A stretch of 32,000 bases of DNA, taken from assembly GCA_019421385.1 (NCBI GenBank), contig JAHZFK010000022.1, positions 1 to 32,000 of the forward strand. Reading direction: 5' to 3'. Positions 16,733 through 25,115 of the stretch are shown here, piece after piece. This stretch comes from Clostridiales bacterium (lineage in GTDB: Bacteria > Bacillota > Clostridia > Oscillospirales > Butyricicoccaceae). A model generated the notes under the pieces. It was not told the origin of the DNA and made no database searches. It saw only the letters and a list, made by a program, of their open reading frames with translations. Position 1 is the first letter of the stretch; each line of letters starts with the position of its first letter. Both the position numbers and the translations under genes were made by a program.

Positions 16733-17956
16733 TTAGCCCAGCACAACCTTGTGGAAGGTCTTTTTGCCCTTTTTGACCATGCGCTCCTGCTGGAAGAAGT
16801 CCTTGTCCAGCATGGTCTTGAAGTCCGCGATCTTCTCGCCGTCGATCGAAACGCCGCCGCCCTGCACCAGCTTGCGCGCTTCACCGTTGGATGCAGCAAG
16901 GCCGCACTTGACCAGCAGCGTCAGCACACCGATCTGACCATCTGCAAAATCCACATCGGTCAGGGTCGTGGTTGGCATGTTCTCGCTCGAACCGCCGCCC
17001 GCAAAGATGTTCTTGGCAGCTTCCATCGCCTTGTCTGCCTCTTCCTTGCCGTGTACCAGCTCAGTCAGCTCATAAGCGAGGATTTCCTTTGCCTTATTCA
17101 GCTGCGCGCCTTCCCACTTGTCCATCTCCTCGATCTGCTCGAGCGGCAAGAAGGTCAGCATACGGATGCACTTGAGCACGTCCGCGTCGTCTACGTTGCG
17201 CCAGTACTGGAAAAAGTCGTAAGGCGAAGTCTTGTTCGGATCGAGCCATACCGCGCCCGCGGCCGTCTTGCCCATCTTCTTGCCCTCGGAGTTGAGGAGC
17301 AGCGTAATCGTCATCGCGTGCGCGTCCTTGCCCAGTTTGCGGCGGATCAGTTCCGTACCGCCGAGCATGTTGCTCCACTGGTCATCGCCGCCGAACTGCA
17401 TGTTGCAGCCGTAGTGCTGGAACAGGTAGTAGAAGTCATAGGACTGCATGATCATGTAATTGAATTCTAGGAAGCTCAGGCCCTTTTCCATGCGTTGCTT
17501 GTAGCACTCCGCACGCAGCATGTTGTTGACCGAGAAGCAGGCACCGACCTCGCGCAGCAGTTCAATATAATTCAGGCCCATCAGCCAGTCCGCATTGTTG
17601 ACCATCTGCGCCTTGTCCTCACCGAATTCGATGAAACGCTCCATCTGCTTTTTGAAGCAGTCGCAGTTGTGCTGGATGGTCTCGACCGTCATCATCGAGC
17701 GCATATCCGTGCGGCCGGAGGGGTCACCGACCATGCCCGTGCCGCCGCCGATGAGCGCGATCGGCTTGTTGCCCGCCATCTGCAAGCGCTTCATCAGGCA
17801 CAGCGCCATAAAGTGGCCGACATGCAGGCTGTCCGCCGTCGGGTCAAAGCCAATGTAGAAGGTGGCTTTGCCGTTGTTGATCATTTCGCTGATTTCTTCT
17901 TCGTTGGTCACCTGCGCGATCAGCCCGCGCGCTTTGAGTTCTTCGTAAAGTGTCAT
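16733..17956 (-). CDS. tyrS: Tyrosyl-tRNA synthetase
   Basis: 407 aa. It has HIGH (DSLHVGH) and KMSKS-type (KMGKT) motifs and a C-terminal S4-like domain (EARKLVQGGGVSIDGEKI). Confidence 0.92.
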   Translation of the reverse strand: MTLYEELKARGLIAQVTNEEEISEMINNGKATFYIGFDPTADSLHVGHFMALCLMKRLQMAGNKPIALIGGGTGMVGDPSGRTDMRSMMTVETIQHNCDCFKKQMERFIEFGEDKAQMVNNADWLMGLNYIELLREVGACFSVNNMLRAECYKQRMEKGLSFLEFNYMIMQSYDFYYLFQHYGCNMQFGGDDQWSNMLGGTELIRRKLGKDAHAMTITLLLNSEGKKMGKTAAGAVWLDPNKTSPYDFFQYWRNVDDADVLKCIRMLTFLPLEQIEEMDKWEGAQLNKAKEILAYELTELVHGKEEADKAMEAAKNIFAGGGSSENMPTTTLTDVDFADGQIGVLTLLVKCGLAASNGEARKLVQGGGVSIDGEKIADFKTMLDKDFFQQERMVKKGKKTFHKVVLG

Positions 17957-18058
17957 GTGTGTTCTCCCGCATCTATAAATAAAATTATTTTTTCCGTTTT
18001 ATGCGCCGCTCTCTCACGGAGCGCGCTCCTTATACCGCTCGTCGATGATCACCATGCG

Positions 18059-19738
18059 TCAGTCCTCCTGCCCGGCTGCTTCCAACAGCTCCTCAGCGTT
18101 GCGGCGCGCCGCATCCGAGATCTGCTCACCGGACAGCAGCCGCGCGATCTCATCCACGCGCTGCGCCCGATCCATCGGACTGACATCGGTATAGCTGCGT
18201 CCCTCCCGCACGGATTTGGCAATGCGCAGATGGTGGTCGCCCATCGCCGCGATCTGCGGCAGGTGTGTGACGCACAACGTCTGCTTTTTCTTTGCAATCG
18301 CGGACAGCTTGCGCGCGATCTGCTGCGCGGCATGACCGGAAACGCCGGTGTCGATCTCGTCAAAAATCAGCATACCAACATCCTCGCCCTCCGTCAAGAC
18401 GTTTTTGAGCGCCAGCATGATGCGGCTCAGCTCACCGCCGGACGCGACCTTGGAGAGCGGCTTTTCGGGCTCACCGGGGTTGACCGAAATTTCAAACGTC
18501 ACGGTGTCGAAGCCATGCGCCGCCAGTTTGGCGCCCGTATGCACCGCTACGCGCATTTTGACCTTATCCATATCCAGCTCCGACAACTCCCGCACGATCG
18601 CCTTTTCCAGACGCGCCGCCGCCTGCCGCCGTTTCTCTGAAATTTGGGCAGCCAACTGCTTCGCCTCGGCAAGCTCCGCACGGTATCGCTCGCGCAGTTC
18701 TTCGCGCCGGTTATCTGAGTCGGCAAGCGTGTCCAGTTCTGCCGTAATACGCGCATGATAAGCGGCAATTTCCTCGAGCGTGCCGCCATATTTCTGCTTG
18801 AGTCGGTAGATCAGGTCGAGCCGCTGCTCCACCCATTCGCGCTCAGCTGATGAAAAATCCAGATTCTCGCTGCGGCTGACCACATTATCCCGCAGATCCG
18901 CCGCGAGCAGTCGCACCTCTTCCGCCTGTTCAGCCATCGCATCAAATGCCTCGGACACCTCATGCAGCCCAGCCAGAGCCGCCGCTGCCTGATCGAGCAG
19001 TGCGCACACACCACCGACCTCATCATCTCCGTTCAGTGCAAGGCGCACCTGCTCCAGCGCGCCCGCAATCTTGCCCGCGTGGTCGAAATATGCCTTGCGC
19101 TGCGCCAGCGTCTCATCCTCGTCCGGCTGGAGTGCCGCCTGCTCAATCTCCTCCTTGTGGAAAGAGAGCATGTCGATGCGCTGCAAACGCTCCTGCTCGC
19201 CGGTCTCGAGTGCTGTGATCTCACGCCGCAATGCCAGCAACGCCTGATATTTGGGTCGGTACTGCGCCAGCAGCGAGTCCAGTCCCGCATATCCATCCAG
19301 ATAGTCGATATGGTGCTGCTCATCGAGCAGCTTCTGACCATCGTTCTGGCCGTGAATATCAATCAGATACGGCGCCAGCTGCCGCAGCACCGCCGCCGAC
19401 ACCGGCTTCATATTGACCCGACAGGTGCTTTTGCCATCCGCCGTAATCTGCCGCTGCAAATGCAGCATATCCGCTTCCTCCCCGGCCAGCGCCAGCTCAT
19501 CGAGCAAGCCGGTAAGCCCCGCCGAAAGGTCGGTAAACACCGCGCTGACAAAGCCCTTCTGTGCCCCTGCACGCACCAAGTCGCGGCTGACCCGTTTGCC
19601 CAAGATCGCGCCGATCGAATCAATCACAATCGACTTGCCCGCGCCGGTCTCACCGGACAGGACGGTCAAACCGCTTTCCAGTTCGATGTCTGCCCGTTCG
19701 ATGACCGCGATATTTTCAATATGGAGTAATTGCAGCAT
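18059..19738 (-). CDS. recN: DNA repair protein RecN
   Basis: ATG at 19738 after GGAGG. It has a Walker A (GETGAGKS), a long coiled-coil middle, an SMC signature (ASGGELSR) and a Walker B (LIFDEID). Confidence 0.9.
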   Translation of the reverse strand: MLQLLHIENIAVIERADIELESGLTVLSGETGAGKSIVIDSIGAILGKRVSRDLVRAGAQKGFVSAVFTDLSAGLTGLLDELALAGEEADMLHLQRQITADGKSTCRVNMKPVSAAVLRQLAPYLIDIHGQNDGQKLLDEQHHIDYLDGYAGLDSLLAQYRPKYQALLALRREITALETGEQERLQRIDMLSFHKEEIEQAALQPDEDETLAQRKAYFDHAGKIAGALEQVRLALNGDDEVGGVCALLDQAAAALAGLHEVSEAFDAMAEQAEEVRLLAADLRDNVVSRSENLDFSSAEREWVEQRLDLIYRLKQKYGGTLEEIAAYHARITAELDTLADSDNRREELRERYRAELAEAKQLAAQISEKRRQAAARLEKAIVRELSELDMDKVKMRVAVHTGAKLAAHGFDTVTFEISVNPGEPEKPLSKVASGGELSRIMLALKNVLTEGEDVGMLIFDEIDTGVSGHAAQQIARKLSAIAKKKQTLCVTHLPQIAAMGDHHLRIAKSVREGRSYTDVSPMDRAQRVDEIARLLSGEQISDAARRNAEELLEAAGQED

Positions 19739-19758
19739 TGCCGCTTCCTCCCCTGCTT

Positions 19759-20214
19759 TTACTTTAGAATGTCCTGTGCCTGCTGGCAAAAACGCGCCGC
19801 GCTTTCATTATCGCGCATCACCGCAAACACCGTATCGTCTCCGCCGAGTGTACCGACAACATCCGTGGCACGCATTGCGTCAATCGCCATCGCGGCCGCC
19901 TGTCCCAAGCCGGGCAGCGTTTTAATGACGACCATATTCTGCGCAGCAGCAATTTCCGTGACGCATTCGCGGAAGATATTGCGCAGACGGGTGGTGAAGC
20001 TGTCCGCTGCGCCGCCAGCCGCTGCGGTATACTTATATTTTCCGGTTTCAGCAGAAAGCGACTTAATCAGCCGCAGCTCTTTAATGTCACGCGAAACCGT
20101 CGCCTGCGTCGTATTATAGCCAAACGCGCGCAGATGATCGGTCAGCTCTTCCTGTGTCTCGATCTCAAATCGGTCAATCAATTCGAGAATTTTTGCCTGT
20201 CTTTGAAATTTCAT
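19759..20214 (-). CDS. argR: Arginine repressor
   Basis: 151 aa. The N-terminal wHTH is QRQAKILELI...TQEELTDHLRAFGYNTTQATVSRDIKEL. The C-terminal oligomerisation domain carries GTLGGDDT. Confidence 0.88.
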   Translation of the reverse strand: MKFQRQAKILELIDRFEIETQEELTDHLRAFGYNTTQATVSRDIKELRLIKSLSAETGKYKYTAAAGGAADSFTTRLRNIFRECVTEIAAAQNMVVIKTLPGLGQAAAMAIDAMRATDVVGTLGGDDTVFAVMRDNESAARFCQQAQDILK

Positions 20215-20229
20215 ATCTGCGCCCCCTTG

Positions 20230-21078
20230 TCAAAGCTTTTTCTGCAAGATTTTATAAAAGCTGATTCCCTTCAGCCGCACCAAACGGGTGCGAAGCGACG
20301 AACGCGTGATCTCCACCCGGTCGTCCGGCCGGATGGCAAAGCCCTGCCCGCCGTCCGCAGAAAGAAACACCTCGCTGCCGCCTTCACAGGCCGCAGAAAG
20401 CGCGATGCGCCGCTCCGGTGCAAACACAAACGCTTTTGCCGCCAATGCATGTGCGCAAATCGGGATGACCGCCAGATTTTCCGCGCTCGGCTCGATCACC
20501 GGCCCGCCAGCGGACAATCCATAAGCCGTCGATCCGGTCGGCGTGGCAACGATCAGGCCGTCGCCGTTAAACTGTGTCACCTCTTCATCATCCGCTGCAA
20601 TGCACACGCGCACCACACGGAACGCCGTACCCTTGGCCAGCACAATGTCATTGAGCGCATCGTTTTCATAAACCAGCCGTCCCTGCCGATATACTGCCAC
20701 ATGCAGCATCATACGGCTGTCGATCGTATAATCGCCGCTGAAGAGTTTTTCCATCCTGTCCAACTCGCCCGGCTCCAGTTCGGTCATGAAACCGACATGA
20801 CCGACGTTGATGCCCAGCATCGGCAATTTCTGCTGCGCAGCCGCGCGTGCCAGGCGCAGCATCGTGCCATCGCCACCCAGCACGACCGCCAGATCGGCAA
20901 ACTGCACTGCGTCGCCGGTTTCCATATAATCCACGCCGTCCAGCCCCAGCGCCGCCGACCGCATCTGCATGGGCAGCATCAGCCGCACGCCTTCTCGCTG
21001 CAGCTGGTCGCAAACCTGCGGCAGCACGGCATATGCGCCCTCTTTTCGCATGTTGGGATAGATAAAAAAACGCTTCAT
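20230..21078 (-). CDS. nadK: NAD+ kinase
   Basis: ATG at 21078; the ORF-track start at 21336 runs into tlyA. GGDGTML and NxGxxGFMT motifs are present. Confidence 0.88.
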   Translation of the reverse strand: MKRFFIYPNMRKEGAYAVLPQVCDQLQREGVRLMLPMQMRSAALGLDGVDYMETGDAVQFADLAVVLGGDGTMLRLARAAAQQKLPMLGINVGHVGFMTELEPGELDRMEKLFSGDYTIDSRMMLHVAVYRQGRLVYENDALNDIVLAKGTAFRVVRVCIAADDEEVTQFNGDGLIVATPTGSTAYGLSAGGPVIEPSAENLAVIPICAHALAAKAFVFAPERRIALSAACEGGSEVFLSADGGQGFAIRPDDRVEITRSSLRTRLVRLKGISFYKILQKKL

Positions 21079-21085
21079 TGCTGCC

Positions 21086-21883
21086 TCAGCCATCCAATTC
21101 CTCATGTGCCTGCCGCACGATCTCGCGCAGATCCGGCACGCTGTCCTCTCCCTGCTTCCATAAGTAGCCCAAAAACTCGATGTTCCCTTCCGGCCCCTTA
21201 ATGGGCGAGAACGTGATATCCTGCACGGCGAAGCCTGCCGTGTGCGCATTTTCCACAAACTGCTCGAGCACTTCCATGTGGATCTCCGGCTCGCGCACCA
21301 CGCCTTTTTTGCCGACCTTGCCTTTTCCTGCTTCAAACTGCGGCTTAATCAGACATGCCACACGTCCATTTTCGGTCAGCAAACCGGAAACGACCGGCAG
21401 AACCAGCCGCAAAGAGATAAACGACACGTCGATTACGCACAGGCTGGGCGTTTCCTCAAGCATTTCCGGGGTCACATAGCGAATATTCGTGCGTTCCATA
21501 CACTTGACACGCGGGTCTTGGCGCAGACTCCATGCGAGCTGCCCATAGCCGACGTCAATCGAATAGACCTTGACCGCACCACGGCGCAGCAAGCAATCGG
21601 TAAAACCGCCGGTGGATGCACCCACGTCCATCACGACCAGCCCCGCTGGGTCGATCGAAAAATAGTCGAGCGCTTTCTCGATTTTTTTGCCGCCGCGGGA
21701 GACAAAGGCATTTTCGTTGCCGCGCACTTCCAGCTCGGCATTTTCATCCACCATATCGCCCGCTTTGCCTGCTTTCTGCCCGGCAATGTAGACAATACCT
21801 TCCATTATCGCCGTCTTTGCACGCTCCCGCGAGGGGCAAAGACCTTTTTCAAACAGCAATACATCCAAACGTTTTTTAGCCAA
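21086..21883 (-). CDS. tlyA: TlyA-family 16S/23S rRNA (cytidine-2'-O)-methyltransferase
   Basis: Probable TTG start at 21883 after AAGGGAAAGGAAAA, overlapping the dxs stop by 8 nt. It has an N-terminal S4 domain (KKRLDVLLFEKGLCPSRERAKTAI) and the SAM motif VMDVGASTGGFTD. Confidence 0.82.
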   Translation of the reverse strand: MAKKRLDVLLFEKGLCPSRERAKTAIMEGIVYIAGQKAGKAGDMVDENAELEVRGNENAFVSRGGKKIEKALDYFSIDPAGLVVMDVGASTGGFTDCLLRRGAVKVYSIDVGYGQLAWSLRQDPRVKCMERTNIRYVTPEMLEETPSLCVIDVSFISLRLVLPVVSGLLTENGRVACLIKPQFEAGKGKVGKKGVVREPEIHMEVLEQFVENAHTAGFAVQDITFSPIKGPEGNIEFLGYLWKQGEDSVPDLREIVRQAHEELDG

Positions 21884-23747
21884 GGTCGTTTTCCTTTCCC
21901 TTTCGGTTTTTGATGACAAACGAAGCGATGCCTTCGGCATCAATGCCGCAATGACGGTATACGTCACTCACACCACCGTGCGGCAGAAAACGGTCGCCGG
22001 TATTCAGGCAGTCCACCCGACCATCCCGATGAGCAGCCACCCATTCACCCAAGCCGCCGCTTTCTACAACATCCTCGACGACCACACACCAGCCGGAGAG
22101 CACAGCCTGCTGCTCACAGAAAGCATCCGCCAGTGCATCGCTGATCTCGTTGACCTTATAAACCTGCGCGTGCACACCTTTTTTCTCCAGAATATCCGCT
22201 GCAGCAAGCACTTCATTGACAAGAGCGCCGTGCGTCAGCAGCGTCACCTCTCGGCCTGTCGTTTCATGCACACAGGCAAGCGTCTCGCCTGCCGTATCCT
22301 TTCGGAACGCACCCTCACCGCCGCGCGGATAACGGATCGCGACCGGCCCGTTCTCATGATATAACGCACGCGACATCATACTGCGCAGCTCGGCAAAATT
22401 CGACGGACAGAAAATTTTCACGCCCGGAATGGACCGCAAAAACGCCACATCCAGCACACCGTTGTGCGTTGCGCCATCCGCGCCAACAATGCCTGCACGG
22501 TCAACGCAGAACACGACATGCAGCCCTTCAATCGCCACATCATGCACCATTTGGTCATAGGCGCGCTGCAAAAAGGTCGAATACATCGCGACCACCGGCA
22601 CCAGCCCCTGCGCCGCCATACCGGCCGCCATGGCGACCGCGTGCTCCTCCGCGATGCCAACATCGAAAAAGCGGTCGGGAAAACGGGACGCGAACCGCGT
22701 CAGCCCCGTGCCGGACGGCATTGCCGCCGTGATCGCGCAGATACGCGCATCCTTTTCCGCAAAAGCACACAGTTCACGGCCAAAGCAGGCGGAAAAATCC
22801 TCTTTCTTGCCCGCCTGAAACACACCGGTCAGCGGATCGAACGGAGAAACGCCGTGGTATTTCTCCGGCTCGCGCTCACTTGGCGCATAGCCGCGGCCCT
22901 TTTGCGTCATCACATGCAGCAGCACCGGCTTCTTGATCTTTTTGGCCTGAGAAAGCAGCTCGCATACGCTTTTCAGATCATGCCCATCCACCGGACCAAG
23001 GTAGATGAAACCCATCTGCTCAAACAGAGAGGTCGGCAGCACCAGACGCTTGACGCGCGCCTTGACCCGTGAAATCGCACGCGATACCGCGCCGCCGCCC
23101 GGGATGCGAGCCAAACGCTCCTTCACGCGCGCCTTGGCATGAAGATAACGCGGACTGACACGCAGACGCGACAAATGCCGGCTCAGCCCGCCGACATTCT
23201 GCGCAATGGACATGTTGTTGTCGTTGAGCACCACCAGAAGCGGCTCACCCGAAGTGCCCGCATTGCTGAGCGCCTCATAAGCCATGCCGCCGGTCAGCGC
23301 GCCGTCCCCAATGACGGCAACCACATGATATTTCTGGTTTTTCAGGGTGCGGGCATGTGCCATACCCAGCGCCACCGACACCGAACCCGAAGCATGTCCG
23401 GTCACGCAGGGGTCGGAAATGCTCTCCTCCGGTTTCATGAAACCGGAAAGACCGCCGTATTGCCGCAATGTATCAAAGCGGTCACGGCGGCCGGTCAGAA
23501 TCTTATGGACATAGCTCTGGTGTCCTACATCGTAAATGATGCGGTCACGCGAGGAGTCAAACTCCCGCTCCAGCGCGACAGCCAACTCTACAACACCCAG
23601 ATTGGAGGCCAGATGGCCGCCTGTGCGCGAAACCGAATCGACGATAAATTCGCGCAGTGAAGCGCACAGCACACCGAGCGTGTCATAAGACAATCCGCGC
23701 AGATCCGCGGGGCTTGTAATATTGTCCAGAATTCCGTATCTTTTCAT
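21876..23747 (-). CDS. dxs: 1-deoxy-D-xylulose-5-phosphate synthase
   Basis: ATG at 23747; the ORF-track start at 23840 is an extension. The N-terminus is LDNITSPADLRGL. TPP-binding motifs GHLASNLGVVEL and GDGALTGGMAYEALN are present, with transketolase-like C-terminal domains. Confidence 0.92.
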   Translation of the reverse strand: MKRYGILDNITSPADLRGLSYDTLGVLCASLREFIVDSVSRTGGHLASNLGVVELAVALEREFDSSRDRIIYDVGHQSYVHKILTGRRDRFDTLRQYGGLSGFMKPEESISDPCVTGHASGSVSVALGMAHARTLKNQKYHVVAVIGDGALTGGMAYEALSNAGTSGEPLLVVLNDNNMSIAQNVGGLSRHLSRLRVSPRYLHAKARVKERLARIPGGGAVSRAISRVKARVKRLVLPTSLFEQMGFIYLGPVDGHDLKSVCELLSQAKKIKKPVLLHVMTQKGRGYAPSEREPEKYHGVSPFDPLTGVFQAGKKEDFSACFGRELCAFAEKDARICAITAAMPSGTGLTRFASRFPDRFFDVGIAEEHAVAMAAGMAAQGLVPVVAMYSTFLQRAYDQMVHDVAIEGLHVVFCVDRAGIVGADGATHNGVLDVAFLRSIPGVKIFCPSNFAELRSMMSRALYHENGPVAIRYPRGGEGAFRKDTAGETLACVHETTGREVTLLTHGALVNEVLAAADILEKKGVHAQVYKVNEISDALADAFCEQQAVLSGWCVVVEDVVESGGLGEWVAAHRDGRVDCLNTGDRFLPHGGVSDVYRHCGIDAEGIASFVIKNRKGKENDLG

Positions 23748-23775
23748 AACTTCATTCCCACCACGGAAGCATTTT

Positions 23776-24393
23776 CTATCTCTTGCTATCCAGCGAAAAC
23801 GGCAGCACCGACAACACCCGTCCGCAAATGGCCAGCACACGGCTGCTAAACGCCATCGCTACACCTTTACCGGCAGCCTTGCCGCCAATGGTCAGCGCCG
23901 AGATCAGGCCGGTGACCAGAAGCGAAACCAGCACCACCTGCACGCCGTTCATCCCGGCTGTAATGTTGGTGACGATCAGTGCCCCTGTTGCACCGGAAAT
24001 GATGCCGCAGATATCACCGACCACGTCGTTGCAAATGCTCGACACCTTTTCCGCATTGCGGGTCATCCACACCGCTTCCTTTGCGCCGCGCACACGGTGC
24101 GCCGCCATGGAATGGAACTCCTTCTCGGTTGCGGATGCCGCGGCAATGCCGATCATATCGAATAGGATGCCCAGCGCGATAAAGAAAAACAGCACCACAA
24201 AGGACAAAATTGTGCCCGCGCTGTTCAGCGCCTCATTCGATATATAGCTCATCACGACCGACAGCACAAAGCTGATCGGCATGATCGTCGCCACCCATTT
24301 GGTATTGATCAGCCGCGGTTTTTGCGGCGGCTGGTTCTTTTTCCTCGGTTTATCGGATGCTTCCAAAAGAATACTCCTTATTGTTAAAACCAT
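23776..24393 (-). CDS. Four-TM integral membrane protein, OapA-like (OLE-associated protein A) by position and topology
   Basis: 205-aa ORF. An alternative TTG start at 24366 has a much better RBS (AAGGAG + 6 nt). Four hydrophobic segments are visible: WVATIMPISFVLSVVMSYI, ILSFVVLFFFIALGILFDMIGIAA, VVGDICGIISGATGALIVTNI and VVLVSLLVTGLISALTIGG. It lies directly between the structured ncRNA region and dxs. Confidence 0.55.
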   Translation of the reverse strand: MVLTIRSILLEASDKPRKKNQPPQKPRLINTKWVATIMPISFVLSVVMSYISNEALNSAGTILSFVVLFFFIALGILFDMIGIAAASATEKEFHSMAAHRVRGAKEAVWMTRNAEKVSSICNDVVGDICGIISGATGALIVTNITAGMNGVQVVLVSLLVTGLISALTIGGKAAGKGVAMAFSSRVLAICGRVLSVLPFSLDSKR

Positions 24394-24419
24394 TCGGTCG
24401 TTGTATGCATATAGAAGTG

Positions 24420-25057
24420 ACGGCAGGCCGAGTTAATCTTGCGGCTTGAGGTTCGGTTGGCTTTCCCCGCGGACTGCCACGCGTCGCCGTCGTGGGGGTT
24501 TCCCATTAAAGTCCGTGCCGGGATGTTACCATCACCGGGACCGAATTGCCACTGAGTCCGCACTGCAATCCTCTGCCTGCCTCATTGCTGAATAGCCTAG
24601 GTGATTTCCACTGCAGGCAACACGATTCTTAGCCTCTTTTGCAGACATGGTTTCAACCGTCAATTCCCGCGTTTTCCTGGCCGGGAAACCGCAGGCGGAT
24701 ACGATATCCACCATGGCCACGCAAGGCAGGCTACACTGCACACAGCGTTTTGGGCACCGCACGGGCCTCCGGCCGCAATGGCCGGCGTATTCCGTGCAGT
24801 CCCCTCCGCACCGCAATACAGGTTTCATCCTGCACCGTAGGGCATCCGTCAATCGAAGCGATGCTATAGGTGCCCCACGCATACAGGTCTCCACGGCAGG
24901 CGGGTCGGTACTTCATGCCATTGAAGCGCGCCCGCAAGCATCCACCCCAAACTGGGCGTAAGAAGCAAACACCAGAGACTTCATCGATATGCCCTTCTAC
25001 GGATTTTTAGGCCCGTCCTGGGAATCGTATGCGCTGACTAGGATACTACGTCACTTA
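24420..25057 (-). ncRNA. Large structured non-coding RNA, OLE-like (ends approximate)
   Basis: A 722-nt gap (24394-25115) has coding-level GC but only Cys/Arg-rich junk frames. Hairpins readable on the minus strand include a GNRA(GUAA)-capped 8-bp hairpin (24518-24538), TTCCCG/CGGGAA (24664-24687), and a perfect CCGGCC/GGCCGG (24769-24785) nested in GCACGG/CCGTGC. A dedicated promoter lies at 25064-25092. The locus ispA-[RNA]-4TM protein-dxs is the published OLE context. Confidence 0.6.
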
Positions 25058-25063
25058 TTTTAT

Positions 25064-25092
25064 ATTTTATCATATAAATCCATCGGATTCAA
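25064..25092 (-). promoter_or_regulatory. Near-consensus extended -10 sigma-A promoter driving the OLE-like RNA
   Basis: Minus strand reads TTGAAT-17 nt-(TGa)TAAAAT. The -35 is the complement of 25087-25092 and the -10 the complement of 25064-25069. It sits in a local AT-rich island just after the ispA stop. Confidence 0.6.
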
Positions 25093-25115
25093 GAAAACCG
25101 CGCAAAAAACCGCAT

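Noticed and set aside
16640-18640. 276-aa and 381-aa plus-strand ORFs opposite tyrS and recN
   Set aside because: They are antisense shadows of well-supported genes, with Arg/His/Leu bias and no motifs.
19739-19800. LexA (Cheo-type GAAC-N4-GTTC) box upstream of recN
   Set aside because: I found no GAAC...GTTC dyad in the 20-nt argR-recN gap or the adjacent argR 3' end.
20134-21201. 355-aa plus-strand ORF opposite nadK and the argR start
   Set aside because: It is an antisense shadow ORF with extreme Arg/His content.
24532-24961. ORFs of 68-120 aa on both strands inside the ispA-dxs gap
   Set aside because: They are Cys/Arg/Pro/Gly-rich, mutually overlapping and lack an RBS. They coincide with strong RNA helices. 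They are better explained as by-products of a GC-rich structured RNA.
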